Origin: a virus
Lineage: Duplodnaviria > Caudoviricetes
IMG/VR virus record: IMGVR_UViG_3300044723_010973
Location: 1-41,861 of that record
Direction: 5' to 3' (one strand)
DNA: 41,861 nucleotides
The position numbers were made by a program, and so were the translations under genes. Within the stretch, counting starts at the first letter, position 1, and each line of letters starts with the position of its first letter. The notes under the pieces were generated by a model, which saw nothing but the letters and a program-made list of their open reading frames with translations, made no database searches and was not told where the DNA came from. This document shows, one piece after another, positions 1 through 10,847 of this stretch.

Positions 1-304
1 CGTTTAAATGAGCTTTTGTATCATCATACATTTCATAAAATGTATTGTTAGACCATTGATTATGTTTAGCCATATGTATTACATCTGCATAATTAATTTT
101 TTTACCACCAATCATATTTCTATATGATTCATAATGTATATTATTAACTGATTCTTCAAATGCTGGAGTAGTATCACCGTTTGCAAAAGGTGTATGCTTA
201 CCATAATACAGGTATAAAATAGTATTAGCAGGCTCAGTTAATGATTCTCTAAACTGCTCTGCGCTAGAAACTTTAAAATTGTTTGTAATAAAATTGTGTG
301 CCAT
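1..304 (-). CDS. gp8: Baseplate wedge subunit gp8, N-terminal part (runs off the window)
   Basis: Manual translation from ATG at 304: MAHNFITNNFKVSSAEQFRESLTEPANTILYLYYGKHTPF...NMIGGKKI...W...YEMYDD, which resembles T4-like gp8 N-termini; follows gp7 directly. Confidence 0.8.
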   Translation of the reverse strand, partial: MAHNFITNNFKVSSAEQFRESLTEPANTILYLYYGKHTPFANGDTTPAFEESVNNIHYESYRNMIGGKKINYADVIHMAKHNQWSNNTFYEMYDDTKAHLN

Positions 305-305
305 A

Positions 306-3300
306 TTAACTCGTTGTTATTGTTGCATTCGCTGCTGTTAATGCTAGCGTTTCTGATTCCCTTACTTTTACTACTTCCCCAAATAATTTAGTACCTGATA
401 CATGTAATATTTCTTTTAGTTGTTCTTCATATTTAGCTAACGCAATACCAGTTCTTACTACATAAGAGTATTCTTGGTAATAATTACTATCTTGTATTTT
501 AGATATATCTCCTACAAAGCTAGTTCTATCTCTCCATTGCCCAGCTCCAACACCCTGTTTTCCTGTTAAAGCCGACCCTGTTACAATAAATGGTGTATCA
601 TCATTTTGTAATTGAACGGTAGTATTTGCTTCGTAGCCGTAACCTGAATCTATAATTTCTACACCTGAGGCTACACCATTAGCTGTTATTACAGTTGCGT
701 TAACTACAGCATTTAGACCGATAGGCAAAGTAGTATCATCTTGATACGCAAATAATACATTTGCTGTTGCACCAGAAGTTGCACCTGTTAAAGTAGCTCC
801 GGCTACAAATGCTTGACCGAATTTTAATCTTCTAATTTTTATTTGCTCTACATTATTAACAGTAGATGTAGATTTATATCTTCCAGATGCTATTGCACTA
901 ATTGTAGTAGCGGCTACACCAGATGAAGCTGGAGTAATAGCAGCATTAGAAGATAATGTAACAATATCAGTTGCGTCATTAAATGTTCCAATTGGGGTTG
1001 ATATTTTAATATGAGTAGCATTAGATGATTCAACAACACCAGTAGCCCCTGTTGCAGCTTGTGAAACACCTTCACCTATTATAATAGGTGCTCCTCCATC
1101 TAGAGTAACATTACCATTATGGTCGACTAAGAAACCAGCTAATGATAAAGTTTGTGACAAACTTTCATCAGGAATAAATAAACCGTTTCTATTTCCTATA
1201 ACACATACTAAGTCCCTTCTGTTAAAACCTGCAACATAAGGGTTATGAACTAAAGGCACAGGATCTAAATTATAGCCACTTCCTGGGTTAATAAAGTTAA
1301 GTGATTCTATAGTACCAATTGTAAATGTACTAAATGTTAGAGCATTATATAATATAGTTGTTAGATCAGCTTGACCTGATTTAGGTAATCCATAACCGAA
1401 ATCCATATTAACTGATACTGATGCGCCAGTTCCAGTTGATGTATTGATTACTATAGATGCATTTGAGCCATACTCTGTACCAGGCTCATTTAATAATATA
1501 CTATGTACTGAACCAGAGTTAGATGCATTAGCAGAGAATACCCCAGTTGCTGTCACGTTTGGTGAACCGCCACTAAATGTTACTGTATCAGAAGGTTGGT
1601 ATCCAGTTCCTGCCATTAAAGTTGAGTTAGCTACATTAGCAAAAGCATTTACTCCTTCATTAGTAATTGTTCTACTATTAGTAAATGACCCATTAGATAA
1701 ATTTCTAGCTACAATATGAGTAGCATTGATTGATTTAACAGTACCAACAGCTCCAATTGAGTTGCCTGATGCTCTCATTCTTGCTTTTAAGACTGCTCCT
1801 GATCCAGATGATGTTATAGTAACAGCTGGAACGCTTTCGTATTGTATACCATTATTTGATATTTCTATACCTTGAACAGTTCCATTACTATCTGTTACTA
1901 CATTTGCAGCTGCAGTAGTAGCTGGACTTCCACCGGAAAATATTACAGTATCTGAATTACTATATCCTGAACCTACCGTAGTTACTGCAATACTGTTAAC
2001 AACTAAATTAGCTTCAAATATATAATCACCAGCTGAAAAAGTTCCGTTAGCTGCAAAAGGCATTCCTGAATTAGCTATATTATTAATACCTATACTTGTA
2101 TCAATAGTTACTGAATCAACAAAACCTATTCCGGAATTTGATCCGTTAACATGCACATTAGAAGTTGGCACAGGATTTAAAGCTGTATTATTAGCTCCAA
2201 TTATATCTGTAAATAAAGATAATGTTTCTTGAGTACCTAAAGAACCAACTTCAAAATCACCGGCTGTACCTGAACCTGTATTAGCTACATTTGCATAAGT
2301 ATTACTTGTAACCCCAATAACAAAAGTATAATTACCTTTATAGAATGGTTTGTTATTAGCATTTAAACCTATTACGTTAGCTGTTTCTCTTACTTCTCTT
2401 CCTATAAATTCACCAGTTGCGGTAGCATTAACTACTGTATCGATTGCTACATTTGTTGCAACATTATCTGAATATAGTAAATCAGCTTGAGCGAAATCAC
2501 CATTATGAGTAATAATAGTAATAACATTTCCAGTTCCAGTAGCAACCCAATAACCGTTTGCTACCTCACTACCACCTGTATTAATACCTCTAATAATGTT
2601 ACCTGAATTAGCAAAACTAATAAAATCTACGTTACCTGAAGTCCAAGAAACATTGGCAAGAGGTTGCTTTACTGTTTCAAATAGAAAGAAGTCTTCTATT
2701 TCTGAATTAGAATTAGATGTATTAGCTACTACTAAAGTAGCATTTGAAGATAGTGATCTTGTAAAATTATTAGATATAGTATAACCATAACCTCCATTAG
2801 CTAATTCATAATCAACTTTACCTGTTGCATCAACAACGGAAGTAATTCTTGCTCTTCCATCTTTACCTCTTGATGATATAACATTAAACGTATCACCAAC
2901 GCTGAATAATCTTCCCCCATTAGTAATAGTAATATTAGTTAATGAACCAACCATTTTAGGAGCATTCTCTATAAGGCCATCGTCACTAATAAACTCACCT
3001 GTTTGGAAATTACCAACAACGTTAGATAAGAAAGCTAATGTTACTCTTTTACCGTTTATTACTTTAGTAATTACTGACTCAACAAATGCAGTAGCTGCTG
3101 AACTTGAACCTATTACCTCATTACCGATAAAATTTTTAGTTCTTTCTGATGGTGATAGTTCTAAATATGATGGTTTATTAAATGAGCTTTGGGATGGAAT
3201 TAAAACTCTTGAACTCGGTAAAAATACTTCTATCTCTTGTCCAAAAAGCATTCTTATTAATAATTCAATAGAGCGAATACTTCCTTTTGATTGATAAATA

Positions 3301-3578
3301 TCGCTTATGTGCTTTATCATGAATCTTTCATCAGATTCAGAATTTAATTGAGTACCTTGTAAAAAAGTATTTTTAAAATGAATTAAAAAATCAGATATTG
3401 AGGAATCAATATCTCTATTATCTTTTAGCTCTCTTAAAACTTTATTAGTTTGATCGCTTGTTTCTAACCATTCATAATAAGCCAAGATAAATTGTACAAT
3501 CTCACTATTAGATTCTTTGAAAATATCAGGAAATTGATTTTCAATAAAATTTGAAATATACTCAGGCGTGCTGGGCAT
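306..3578 (-). CDS. gp7: Baseplate wedge initiator gp7-like
   Basis: N-terminal QFPDIFKE...FILAYYEWLE, YQSKGS..SIELL.RMLFG; C-terminal KIQDSNYYQEYSYVVR...LHVSGTKLFG; internal GxGY repeats; position after gp6. Confidence 0.85.
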   Translation of the reverse strand: MPSTPEYISNFIENQFPDIFKESNSEIVQFILAYYEWLETSDQTNKVLRELKDNRDIDSSISDFLIHFKNTFLQGTQLNSESDERFMIKHISDIYQSKGSIRSIELLIRMLFGQEIEVFLPSSRVLIPSQSSFNKPSYLELSPSERTKNFIGNEVIGSSSAATAFVESVITKVINGKRVTLAFLSNVVGNFQTGEFISDDGLIENAPKMVGSLTNITITNGGRLFSVGDTFNVISSRGKDGRARITSVVDATGKVDYELANGGYGYTISNNFTRSLSSNATLVVANTSNSNSEIEDFFLFETVKQPLANVSWTSGNVDFISFANSGNIIRGINTGGSEVANGYWVATGTGNVITIITHNGDFAQADLLYSDNVATNVAIDTVVNATATGEFIGREVRETANVIGLNANNKPFYKGNYTFVIGVTSNTYANVANTGSGTAGDFEVGSLGTQETLSLFTDIIGANNTALNPVPTSNVHVNGSNSGIGFVDSVTIDTSIGINNIANSGMPFAANGTFSAGDYIFEANLVVNSIAVTTVGSGYSNSDTVIFSGGSPATTAAANVVTDSNGTVQGIEISNNGIQYESVPAVTITSSGSGAVLKARMRASGNSIGAVGTVKSINATHIVARNLSNGSFTNSRTITNEGVNAFANVANSTLMAGTGYQPSDTVTFSGGSPNVTATGVFSANASNSGSVHSILLNEPGTEYGSNASIVINTSTGTGASVSVNMDFGYGLPKSGQADLTTILYNALTFSTFTIGTIESLNFINPGSGYNLDPVPLVHNPYVAGFNRRDLVCVIGNRNGLFIPDESLSQTLSLAGFLVDHNGNVTLDGGAPIIIGEGVSQAATGATGVVESSNATHIKISTPIGTFNDATDIVTLSSNAAITPASSGVAATTISAIASGRYKSTSTVNNVEQIKIRRLKFGQAFVAGATLTGATSGATANVLFAYQDDTTLPIGLNAVVNATVITANGVASGVEIIDSGYGYEANTTVQLQNDDTPFIVTGSALTGKQGVGAGQWRDRTSFVGDISKIQDSNYYQEYSYVVRTGIALAKYEEQLKEILHVSGTKLFGEVVKVRESETLALTAANATITTS

Positions 3579-5389
3579 TATAATCTCTCTTGATTAACGT
3601 TTAATATAATATCTTCTGAATTAAGCTGTAAAATTGTTGCCTGTTTAGATGTTATATCTTTATTTTTTACTCTGGCAAATACTTTAAGAATACCACCACT
3701 AAATGCTGGAATTAAAATAGAATTTATTTCAACTTTACCAGTTGTATAATTTACTGATCCAGCATCAGATAATAGTTCAACAAATTTATTTGCTGTATCT
3801 AATTTTACAACTTTTAGAATACCGCTACCATTATCAATTAAAAAGGCATTACTATCTGTACCATAAGTAAATAAAGATGATTCAACTGCAGGAAGATATA
3901 ATCTTCTTTCTGAATTAGTATTAAATAAATCATCCGCTTCTAATTCATTATCAAACAATAATTCGTATGATGCTGCTGTTGTTGAACTTGGTGTGAGCTT
4001 TTTAAATATTCTATTTCTAAGTTGAGAAGATATAATACTAGTATCAGAGTTATCAATACCTGCTAAAGCTTTTGAATGTCTATAAGTAGATTCAAAACTA
4101 TTAATATTATTATTAGCATAAGTTAATAAAGCCGATTGTGCTTTTGACTGTATAGTTGCAGCTGTTTGAGTTGTAACAGATATATTATAAGCAATATCTC
4201 CTACTATTTCAATAAAAGTAAACTCGGGTTGAACTACTTCTACATCGATACCTAAAGGTGTTCTTTTACTAAAAAAGTCTGATATAGATTTTTTAGCTGA
4301 TGCTGGTACACCATCTGCATCTTTCATATCAACAGCTAAAATAACTTTACCATATCTTGGTGTTGCTAATTCTTCACCTCCAAAGGCTAAAACGTTTTGA
4401 ATATTAGGAAATTCTCTTTTTGCTAAAATTTCATAGTCATTAGAAGTAACTGCTCTTTCTTGAACTTGAAACGATTTAGGAGCATTTATTCTTATGCTTT
4501 CAATATCTTCTGGTTCAGCACCACCTATAGAATTAGTTACAGTTGTTACAAGTACATTACCGTAGCCATCTATATTTGAAGCAGAACTGAATACTTTACC
4601 ATTATCACCTTCTTTTTTACTTGATACTCTATACTTGGCTTTAATTATATTACCAATTTGAGGTTTCTTACCAAAAACTCCATCACCAAATGAAATTCTA
4701 TAAAGATTATCTTTTGCAGGTTCTATAAAATAACTATTTGAACTTTCAGTTAAACCAAATAATGTATCAGCTTTTGACCATATACTATTAATTGAACTAG
4801 TATTAGAAATTCTTATATTTACTTCTAAATGGTCTATATCAATATCTTGATTTGAAAGATCAGCTACAAAATTATTAGCAGTTGTTACTGTAAAAAATTC
4901 TTCAATAACTTGACCTTCATATAATTCTATATTATTAATAACCCAGGTTGGATCACCATTAGCATCTTCTGATTTTGTAATAATATGATCACTTTGTGTT
5001 GAAAAGGTTTTAGTGGAGCCTGCTATAGTAGTAGTAAATTTATGCCACTTAGGAATTGTAACTGTACCTGGATTATCAGTTGGAATAACTTTTACATTAA
5101 CAGTAGCTTTAGAACTAGAAGCCGACCTTGGAAGATAATTTAATTCTTTAGCATGAGAAATAATACTATCTCTAATTTGAGCTGTATCAAGAAACATTTC
5201 ATTAGCTATCATATTAGCATAAAAATTATTTAAATATGTATTATAAGCTAGAACATCTAAAAGAGTGTTCATATTTGAACCTAAGAAATTATAGTCCTTA
5301 ATATTATTTTGAGAACTTAAATATTTTTGTAAGTTACCTTTTATAGTTTGAAAATCTAAATCTACTACTGAAGTTGCTGTGTTTGCCAT
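3578..5389 (-). CDS. gp6: Baseplate wedge subunit gp6
   Basis: LDFQTIK.NL..YL, DYNFLGSNMNTLLDVLAYNT, FLDTAQIRDSIISHAKELNYLPRS, FGDGVFGKKP, QERAVTSNDY motifs. Confidence 0.95.
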   Translation of the reverse strand: MANTATSVVDLDFQTIKGNLQKYLSSQNNIKDYNFLGSNMNTLLDVLAYNTYLNNFYANMIANEMFLDTAQIRDSIISHAKELNYLPRSASSSKATVNVKVIPTDNPGTVTIPKWHKFTTTIAGSTKTFSTQSDHIITKSEDANGDPTWVINNIELYEGQVIEEFFTVTTANNFVADLSNQDIDIDHLEVNIRISNTSSINSIWSKADTLFGLTESSNSYFIEPAKDNLYRISFGDGVFGKKPQIGNIIKAKYRVSSKKEGDNGKVFSSASNIDGYGNVLVTTVTNSIGGAEPEDIESIRINAPKSFQVQERAVTSNDYEILAKREFPNIQNVLAFGGEELATPRYGKVILAVDMKDADGVPASAKKSISDFFSKRTPLGIDVEVVQPEFTFIEIVGDIAYNISVTTQTAATIQSKAQSALLTYANNNINSFESTYRHSKALAGIDNSDTSIISSQLRNRIFKKLTPSSTTAASYELLFDNELEADDLFNTNSERRLYLPAVESSLFTYGTDSNAFLIDNGSGILKVVKLDTANKFVELLSDAGSVNYTTGKVEINSILIPAFSGGILKVFARVKNKDITSKQATILQLNSEDIILNVNQERL

Positions 5390-5793
5390 TACCTTACCCT
5401 ACTTAATACTGTGTTGAATGATCTTATTCCATCTATGTTAATAGCTCTATATTCTATATAAACATTTAAGCTATGCCTGTCAATATCGTTTTCAACTATA
5501 ACATCTATAATTTGACATCTTGGCTCATAATTTTCTATTACTTCAAAAACTGCTTCTTTTAAATTATAAGAAGTCTGTGGTGTAGCTAATTCAAATAATA
5601 AGCTTCTTATATTACTACCTACAGTTGGCTGAAAGAGTCGTTCGTAAAAATTAGTTTGCAATAAATTTTTTATAGACTGCTCTATTGCTGCCTCGTTAGT
5701 ATTAACCATAACATCATCTGTAGCTGGATTTACAGCAAGATCAGATCTAAGATCCGAATAAAAAACTTTAGTTGTTTTTGTACTTATAGCCAT
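5389..5793 (-). CDS. gp25: Baseplate wedge subunit gp25
   Basis: AIEQSIKNLLQTNFYERLFQPTVGSNIRSLLFE and IENYEPR motifs; precedes gp6. Confidence 0.93.
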   Translation of the reverse strand: MAISTKTTKVFYSDLRSDLAVNPATDDVMVNTNEAAIEQSIKNLLQTNFYERLFQPTVGSNIRSLLFELATPQTSYNLKEAVFEVIENYEPRCQIIDVIVENDIDRHSLNVYIEYRAINIDGIRSFNTVLSRVR

Positions 5794-5819
5794 ATTTTTA
5801 TTTATCTTACTTTATTTAA

Positions 5820-6536
5820 TTAAAATGAAATATAAGGCATTAAGGATTTAATCTTTTCTTTAGCCTCATCTCTTTCTTTTTTTGCTTCATCCCATTTAGC
5901 TTTAATATTAACAATTTTTTCTTGTGATTTTTTTTCTTCTTTAGCTTCAGGTAAATTATTAGCTTCTTCTTGTTCTGCTTCAACAGAAGGAATAACTACA
6001 TCTTTTGTTTCATCTGGAAGAGGCTCTTCTACAGCTGTAATAGGAATACCTTTTTCTAATACTTTGCCATCTTCCTTTACTAAATCTTTTACTTTCTTAC
6101 ATAAATTATCTTTATCTATTTTACCACTTAAAATATCTGCTTTTAACTGCTCTATTTCTTCTAAAGATAAATCAGGAAATTTTTCTTGTAAACTATTTAA
6201 ATTTAATAATGCTTGAGCTTTAACAGCAGGATCGCTACTATTAATTTTATCTAATATAGAAGTAACTTCTAATTGTAAGCTAATTTCTGGTAAGTTTAAT
6301 TCCGGTAATTTTAAATCTGGTAAAGTAAAGTCACCAAAGTCAGGAAGCTCAATTTCTGGAATCATACCTTTTGCACCTTCTATTAATTTAGAAAGTTTAG
6401 CATCCATAGCTGCAGCTGCTCCGTTCAAGTCATCAGCAAAACCTTCTACAGAATCTTTTACATTATCAATTCCCTCTTGAGCTTCAGCTGCAAGTTTCTG
6501 AAGTTTTAATAAACCTTCTCCTGGACCGCAAGCCAT
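5820..6536 (-). CDS. Hypothetical protein, coiled-coil rich, in baseplate operon
   Basis: 238-aa ORF co-oriented between gp5 and gp25; no recognisable motif. Confidence 0.7.
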   Translation of the reverse strand: MACGPGEGLLKLQKLAAEAQEGIDNVKDSVEGFADDLNGAAAAMDAKLSKLIEGAKGMIPEIELPDFGDFTLPDLKLPELNLPEISLQLEVTSILDKINSSDPAVKAQALLNLNSLQEKFPDLSLEEIEQLKADILSGKIDKDNLCKKVKDLVKEDGKVLEKGIPITAVEEPLPDETKDVVIPSVEAEQEEANNLPEAKEEKKSQEKIVNIKAKWDEAKKERDEAKEKIKSLMPYISF

Positions 6537-6539
6537 TTA

Positions 6540-8018
6540 TTAAGTTCCTCCTGTAGGTGGATTAGTCTGCTTATTATCTGGACCGTCTCCATCAGGTGCT
6601 GTACCACCAGTTTGTAAATGAGTATGAGTATGCAGAGTAACATTTGTATCAGTAATATTACCTGAAACAACGTCAATAGATCCTGTATTGTAATCTAATG
6701 TACCTGTAGTTGCATCAATGTCTTGTGTATCAGCTGTAATAGTCTGAGTTACACCAACATTAATTAGCTGATTAGCAGATGTTTGAATTTTTTGATCACC
6801 GGTTGATATAATATTTATTTTCTCATTCGCATTAAGATTAAATGTTTTACTAGTAAATTGAGTAAGTACATCTCTTGATGTAAGAGAGAAAGTTTTAGCA
6901 TAAAAATGTTCTGAGTCACCTAATATATCTCTCTTCTCTATGCCTGTAATATTAACTTCATTATCACCTCTTGTAATAGTAGATGAAAGTTTTGTAGTAT
7001 CAATGTTATGCTTTTCAATTAAAATAGAATTATTACCTTTTACAACTGTTCCTCTATCAGAGGTAATTTCTGTAGTATGATTACCACCAATATAATCCAC
7101 TTTATTTTTCTTTACGTAAGTATAATGGTGCCCTTCAATTCTTTCTATTTTATTACCCTTAACAGATAAATTTACATCACCGTCAACAGTTATATTTAAG
7201 TTACCACCTGATATTAAAACATTCTTACCTTTAGCGCTAATTTCATAATCCTTACCTACTATCTTTTGAACTCTAGTTCCATCAGGCTGTATTTCTTCAA
7301 ATGATCCTGATTTATGATATTTGTGTATTCTCTCACCACCAGGTGTATCGTCTATTTCTAAAACAGTACCCATTTCAGATTCAAATACATGATTAAGAGG
7401 ATATTCAGATGGGTATGGATCAGCATCTTTTTCTATACCTCTTGGATCAGGTTCACTCCATTTTTTATTTTCATAATCAACTCCAGGGGTCCCGTCTGGT
7501 TTATCAAAAGATGTTTTAAAAGGAAATGCAATAGGAACATCTTTAGTTTTTGATGCTCTTTTTTTCTTTAGAGTAACATGCTCTTCTGCTTTCTTACCTC
7601 GTGCTAGATAGCTATTATCAGGATCACCTATTTTATGTAAACCTTCAATGTTACGAGGATAAGTTAAAGTAGGATCATTAAAAGCAGTATTAGCTTGAGG
7701 TTCTTCTCCTGGTATCCCTGGAATAGCTCCTAAAACCATAGGCTTCTGGTAAAACCCTTCATCAATAAAAAATCCTATTACCCAGGCTCCTTCAATTAAA
7801 CCTGAAATAGGTCCGCCGACACCTGAGACACCAGGTGATGAGGGAGGTAATATAACAGTAGCCCAAGGTAACTCTTCAGTAGATATATCTGATAACTTAT
7901 CAGAATGAACACCATAAAATCTTACTTTTACTCTTCCTACTTCTAAAGGATCTTTTCTATCTTCAACTACACCAAAATGCCATTGAAACTTATTATAATT
8001 TATATCTTGCTTAGGCAT
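6540..8018 (-). CDS. gp5: Baseplate hub/central spike gp5 without a lysozyme domain
   Basis: OB-fold WHFGVVEDRKDPLEVGRVKVR, LPWA, WVIGFFID; YPLNHVFESEMG..EIDDTPGGERIHKYHKSGSFEEI; beta-helix repeats; C-terminal HTHTH. Confidence 0.92.
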   Translation of the reverse strand: MPKQDINYNKFQWHFGVVEDRKDPLEVGRVKVRFYGVHSDKLSDISTEELPWATVILPPSSPGVSGVGGPISGLIEGAWVIGFFIDEGFYQKPMVLGAIPGIPGEEPQANTAFNDPTLTYPRNIEGLHKIGDPDNSYLARGKKAEEHVTLKKKRASKTKDVPIAFPFKTSFDKPDGTPGVDYENKKWSEPDPRGIEKDADPYPSEYPLNHVFESEMGTVLEIDDTPGGERIHKYHKSGSFEEIQPDGTRVQKIVGKDYEISAKGKNVLISGGNLNITVDGDVNLSVKGNKIERIEGHHYTYVKKNKVDYIGGNHTTEITSDRGTVVKGNNSILIEKHNIDTTKLSSTITRGDNEVNITGIEKRDILGDSEHFYAKTFSLTSRDVLTQFTSKTFNLNANEKINIISTGDQKIQTSANQLINVGVTQTITADTQDIDATTGTLDYNTGSIDVVSGNITDTNVTLHTHTHLQTGGTAPDGDGPDNKQTNPPTGGT

Positions 8019-9328
8019 TAATAAGGCTCCTTACCAGTTCTACATAATGTTATTATTTGATAGTAAGTATCCGCTTTTAGATCATGAAGTATATCTTTAA
8101 TTAAATAATTACCGTTTATCTCTTTATTTTCTTCGCTTTCTTTACCTGTTGTTGATCCAGTATTAGGGCTATATACGTTTATTCTTAAGACCTGTCCAAT
8201 ATCTAATGAACTATTACCTGGAATAATTATTTGAACTATATTATTAAAAAAAATAGTACCTAAAACTTTTTTCTTTAAATGTGAGTTACTGTTATCAATA
8301 AAATTAGGTAAACCTTTATTAACATAAAGCCAGTCTGTTGAATTACTTTCCTTAGCAAATTTTTCTAAATAATCTTTATCAACAGGATATAGAGTTTGAG
8401 ACGGACCAGGTGTAAGATCATATTTAAGATCAGTTCTTTCTACTGATTTGGCTAAGTAATCTACTGTAGCTACTGAAGTATGTAGATTGCCATCTGATGC
8501 ATGTTTATATGCATTAAATCTACTCACTTGTTTTATTTGAACAATCTCTTCTGCTTTTTTAGGATTAACTATACCCTGTCTTTTTACAATAGGATCATAT
8601 CTATACGTATGATGATCTCTACCAGCAGGATATGTTTCACTCACCAAACTATCTAAATTACGAAAATTATAACCTTCTAAATCTTGATAAAAAAGAAATA
8701 AATTAGTATTGTAATCACCAGTATCTTGAGCCCAACTTTGTAAGTAACTCATAGAATCAAATGGTGTTTCACTCGGTATAGTGAAATCATTAACTCCAGA
8801 TGTATCGTCAACAGTAAGTTTACATTTTTTAGGATAAAAAATCGAAGTGCCTAATTCATCAGCTTTATTTAAAGCTTTATCAAAAATTTTCTTTGCTGCA
8901 TCTGAAATAGTTCCAGAAAAGAAATTATCTACTGAAGCAAACTGTTGTACATAAGCTAATTCATGAACCCCGTTTAAATTATAAGATTGGGTTTTATTAT
9001 TATCTTTTTCAATAGTAATATTATCAATTTTTGTTAATCTAAAACAAGCTAATCTTTGTTTATGAGCTGGCTTTGATTCATCAAAATTAGGAGTTTGCCA
9101 GGTACAAACAATTACCTCTTCTCCAGTAATTTTTAATTGACCAAGAAGATCAACCGGATCATTTATCCTAAGCTGACATGAAATATTTGGTGAGTGTAAA
9201 GATGATTTAATTACTATTCCTTGAAAGTTACTTGTAAGATCTACGAAATTAAGCGCCCCATCAGGAGTAAATAAACCTAATAGTAAAGATGATACACCGT
9301 GGTTTCCTGGAGTAATAGTTAATGGCAT
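8018..9328 (-). CDS. Probable baseplate hub protein (gp27-like)
   Basis: Sits between gp53 and gp5; C-terminal IPGNSSLDIGQ...INGNYLIKDILH pattern of hub proteins. Confidence 0.6.
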   Translation of the reverse strand: MPLTITPGNHGVSSLLLGLFTPDGALNFVDLTSNFQGIVIKSSLHSPNISCQLRINDPVDLLGQLKITGEEVIVCTWQTPNFDESKPAHKQRLACFRLTKIDNITIEKDNNKTQSYNLNGVHELAYVQQFASVDNFFSGTISDAAKKIFDKALNKADELGTSIFYPKKCKLTVDDTSGVNDFTIPSETPFDSMSYLQSWAQDTGDYNTNLFLFYQDLEGYNFRNLDSLVSETYPAGRDHHTYRYDPIVKRQGIVNPKKAEEIVQIKQVSRFNAYKHASDGNLHTSVATVDYLAKSVERTDLKYDLTPGPSQTLYPVDKDYLEKFAKESNSTDWLYVNKGLPNFIDNSNSHLKKKVLGTIFFNNIVQIIIPGNSSLDIGQVLRINVYSPNTGSTTGKESEENKEINGNYLIKDILHDLKADTYYQIITLCRTGKEPY

Positions 9329-9837
9329 TAGTCAAGCAGCTCTTTTAAATTAGTTTCAGCAAGGGATGCTAAATCATATCTTAATAATCTTATATTTCTT
9401 CTATCTTCATTTTTTAAATCTTCATACCTGTAATTAGTTATACCGGTTAAAGAGTTTTTTAAATCTATATCTGCGTATGTATAGGTGTCAACTGAATAAA
9501 TATTTTTATCTGCATCTTCATAGTGATGTATATTTGAAATAGCTAATTCAATTGAATCGTATTTTTTTACAATATAGTTTTCAAAATTTTCTTGATCCAT
9601 ATACCATTCATAATATGGGTCAATAATTTTATTACTCATATATACAAGCCATGTTCTATCAACTGTACCATAATAATCATGCGCGACCGTCCATGGTGTA
9701 TCAAATGTTTTTAAACTATAATTAGCATATGAAAAATAGTCTTCAGATAAAACATCAGTTAATTTAACTTTAGCAATAATATTTCTAGTATTATATTGAT
9801 TATACTGTATTATCGGGAATTGTTCAAAATATCTCAT
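9328..9837 (-). CDS. gp53: Baseplate wedge subunit gp53
   Basis: YFEQFPIIQY, PWTVAHDYYG...WLVYMSNKIIDPYYEW, YEDLKNEDRRNIRLL motifs. Confidence 0.9.
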   Translation of the reverse strand: MRYFEQFPIIQYNQYNTRNIIAKVKLTDVLSEDYFSYANYSLKTFDTPWTVAHDYYGTVDRTWLVYMSNKIIDPYYEWYMDQENFENYIVKKYDSIELAISNIHHYEDADKNIYSVDTYTYADIDLKNSLTGITNYRYEDLKNEDRRNIRLLRYDLASLAETNLKELLD

Positions 9838-10823
9838 TAATCAATTCCTCCATCTATATCATCTCCGAAGTCTTCACGAGTAATATAATCTAGTTCCATA
9901 AATTCTAATTTAATATCATATTGTACTGGTGAGCCTGTTTCTGCAAAGAAATTAGTTTGTTCATTGCCAGAATGATCAACTATAAAATTTTGTATTAGCC
10001 CAGGCTTATAAAAAATATTTTGATTAATATCCGGTGTAATTAAAGCACATTGAAGTATGTCAGGATAGGTTTGAACAAATAAACCATCAGACCCTATACC
10101 TTCTAAAGAAGCATGCATATGCCTCCTAATTTTAGATACTATTGTATTAAGGGCTTTTGTCTCACTAGCATTTCTTGGACTTAATTTCCAATTAAGACTA
10201 TGTTTTCTTAAAGGAGTTCCTTTAAAAGCAGCAATATTAGAAGGGTTGTAGATAGAACCTAATGCTTGTTCAACAGCTGAAAAAGCAGAATCACCAAGAA
10301 TTACTTTACCTGCCGATCTAGCTAACTTACTTCCGGTTAATAAACTGTACGCCGTTTGTATCCCTGGACCTGCTTTAGCAACAGCCCTAGCCATGCCACC
10401 TGCTTTAGCGTTTGCATCTTCCCCTGAACCAAATAAGTCTTTCAATATTTCTTCTGCTGCGGGATCATTTTCATTACCACTAGTATAAGCTGCTAGCGTT
10501 TTAGCGAATGCTTGAACAAACGGACCTGTTTTTGTATCCTCAATAGCTACACTATAATTTTGATTTAAAGGACTTGGTATAGGAAGAATAATTGAATCAT
10601 TAGTTTGTATTCTTGTTGGGCTTAATTCACTATTACCGTCCGCCTGACCAGCGTTAAAAGAAAATTCTTGAAAGTTCATTATAAAACCATATGCTGCTAA
10701 ATCAGAAGGAAATTGTAGTTGATTATAAGAGGCAAGTTGCTTTCTTGATAAATCTACTTTTTCCTCAGGACCCATTACAAACCCAGCTCTTGACGCTCTT
10801 GTTCTTTTATTACTATCTGACAT
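9837..10823 (-). CDS. gp48: Baseplate tail-tube cap gp48
   Basis: I.LPIP..L...Y.V, NP....FKG..LR.HS.NWKLSPRNASE, G.PV...I.L.F.E motifs; synteny with gp53. Confidence 0.8.
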   Translation of the reverse strand: MSDSNKRTRASRAGFVMGPEEKVDLSRKQLASYNQLQFPSDLAAYGFIMNFQEFSFNAGQADGNSELSPTRIQTNDSIILPIPSPLNQNYSVAIEDTKTGPFVQAFAKTLAAYTSGNENDPAAEEILKDLFGSGEDANAKAGGMARAVAKAGPGIQTAYSLLTGSKLARSAGKVILGDSAFSAVEQALGSIYNPSNIAAFKGTPLRKHSLNWKLSPRNASETKALNTIVSKIRRHMHASLEGIGSDGLFVQTYPDILQCALITPDINQNIFYKPGLIQNFIVDHSGNEQTNFFAETGSPVQYDIKLEFMELDYITREDFGDDIDGGID

Positions 10824-10834
10824 TAAATGTATCC

Positions 10835-10842
10835 TATAAATA
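10835..10842 (+). promoter_or_regulatory. T4-type late promoter TATAAATA
   Basis: Exact consensus 5 nt upstream of the gp4 ATG at 10848. Confidence 0.8.
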
Positions 10843-10847
10843 TACTT

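Noticed and set aside
1444-2784. + strand ORFs inside gp7 (1444-1719, 2596-2784)
   Set aside because: Antisense shadows of a conserved structural gene
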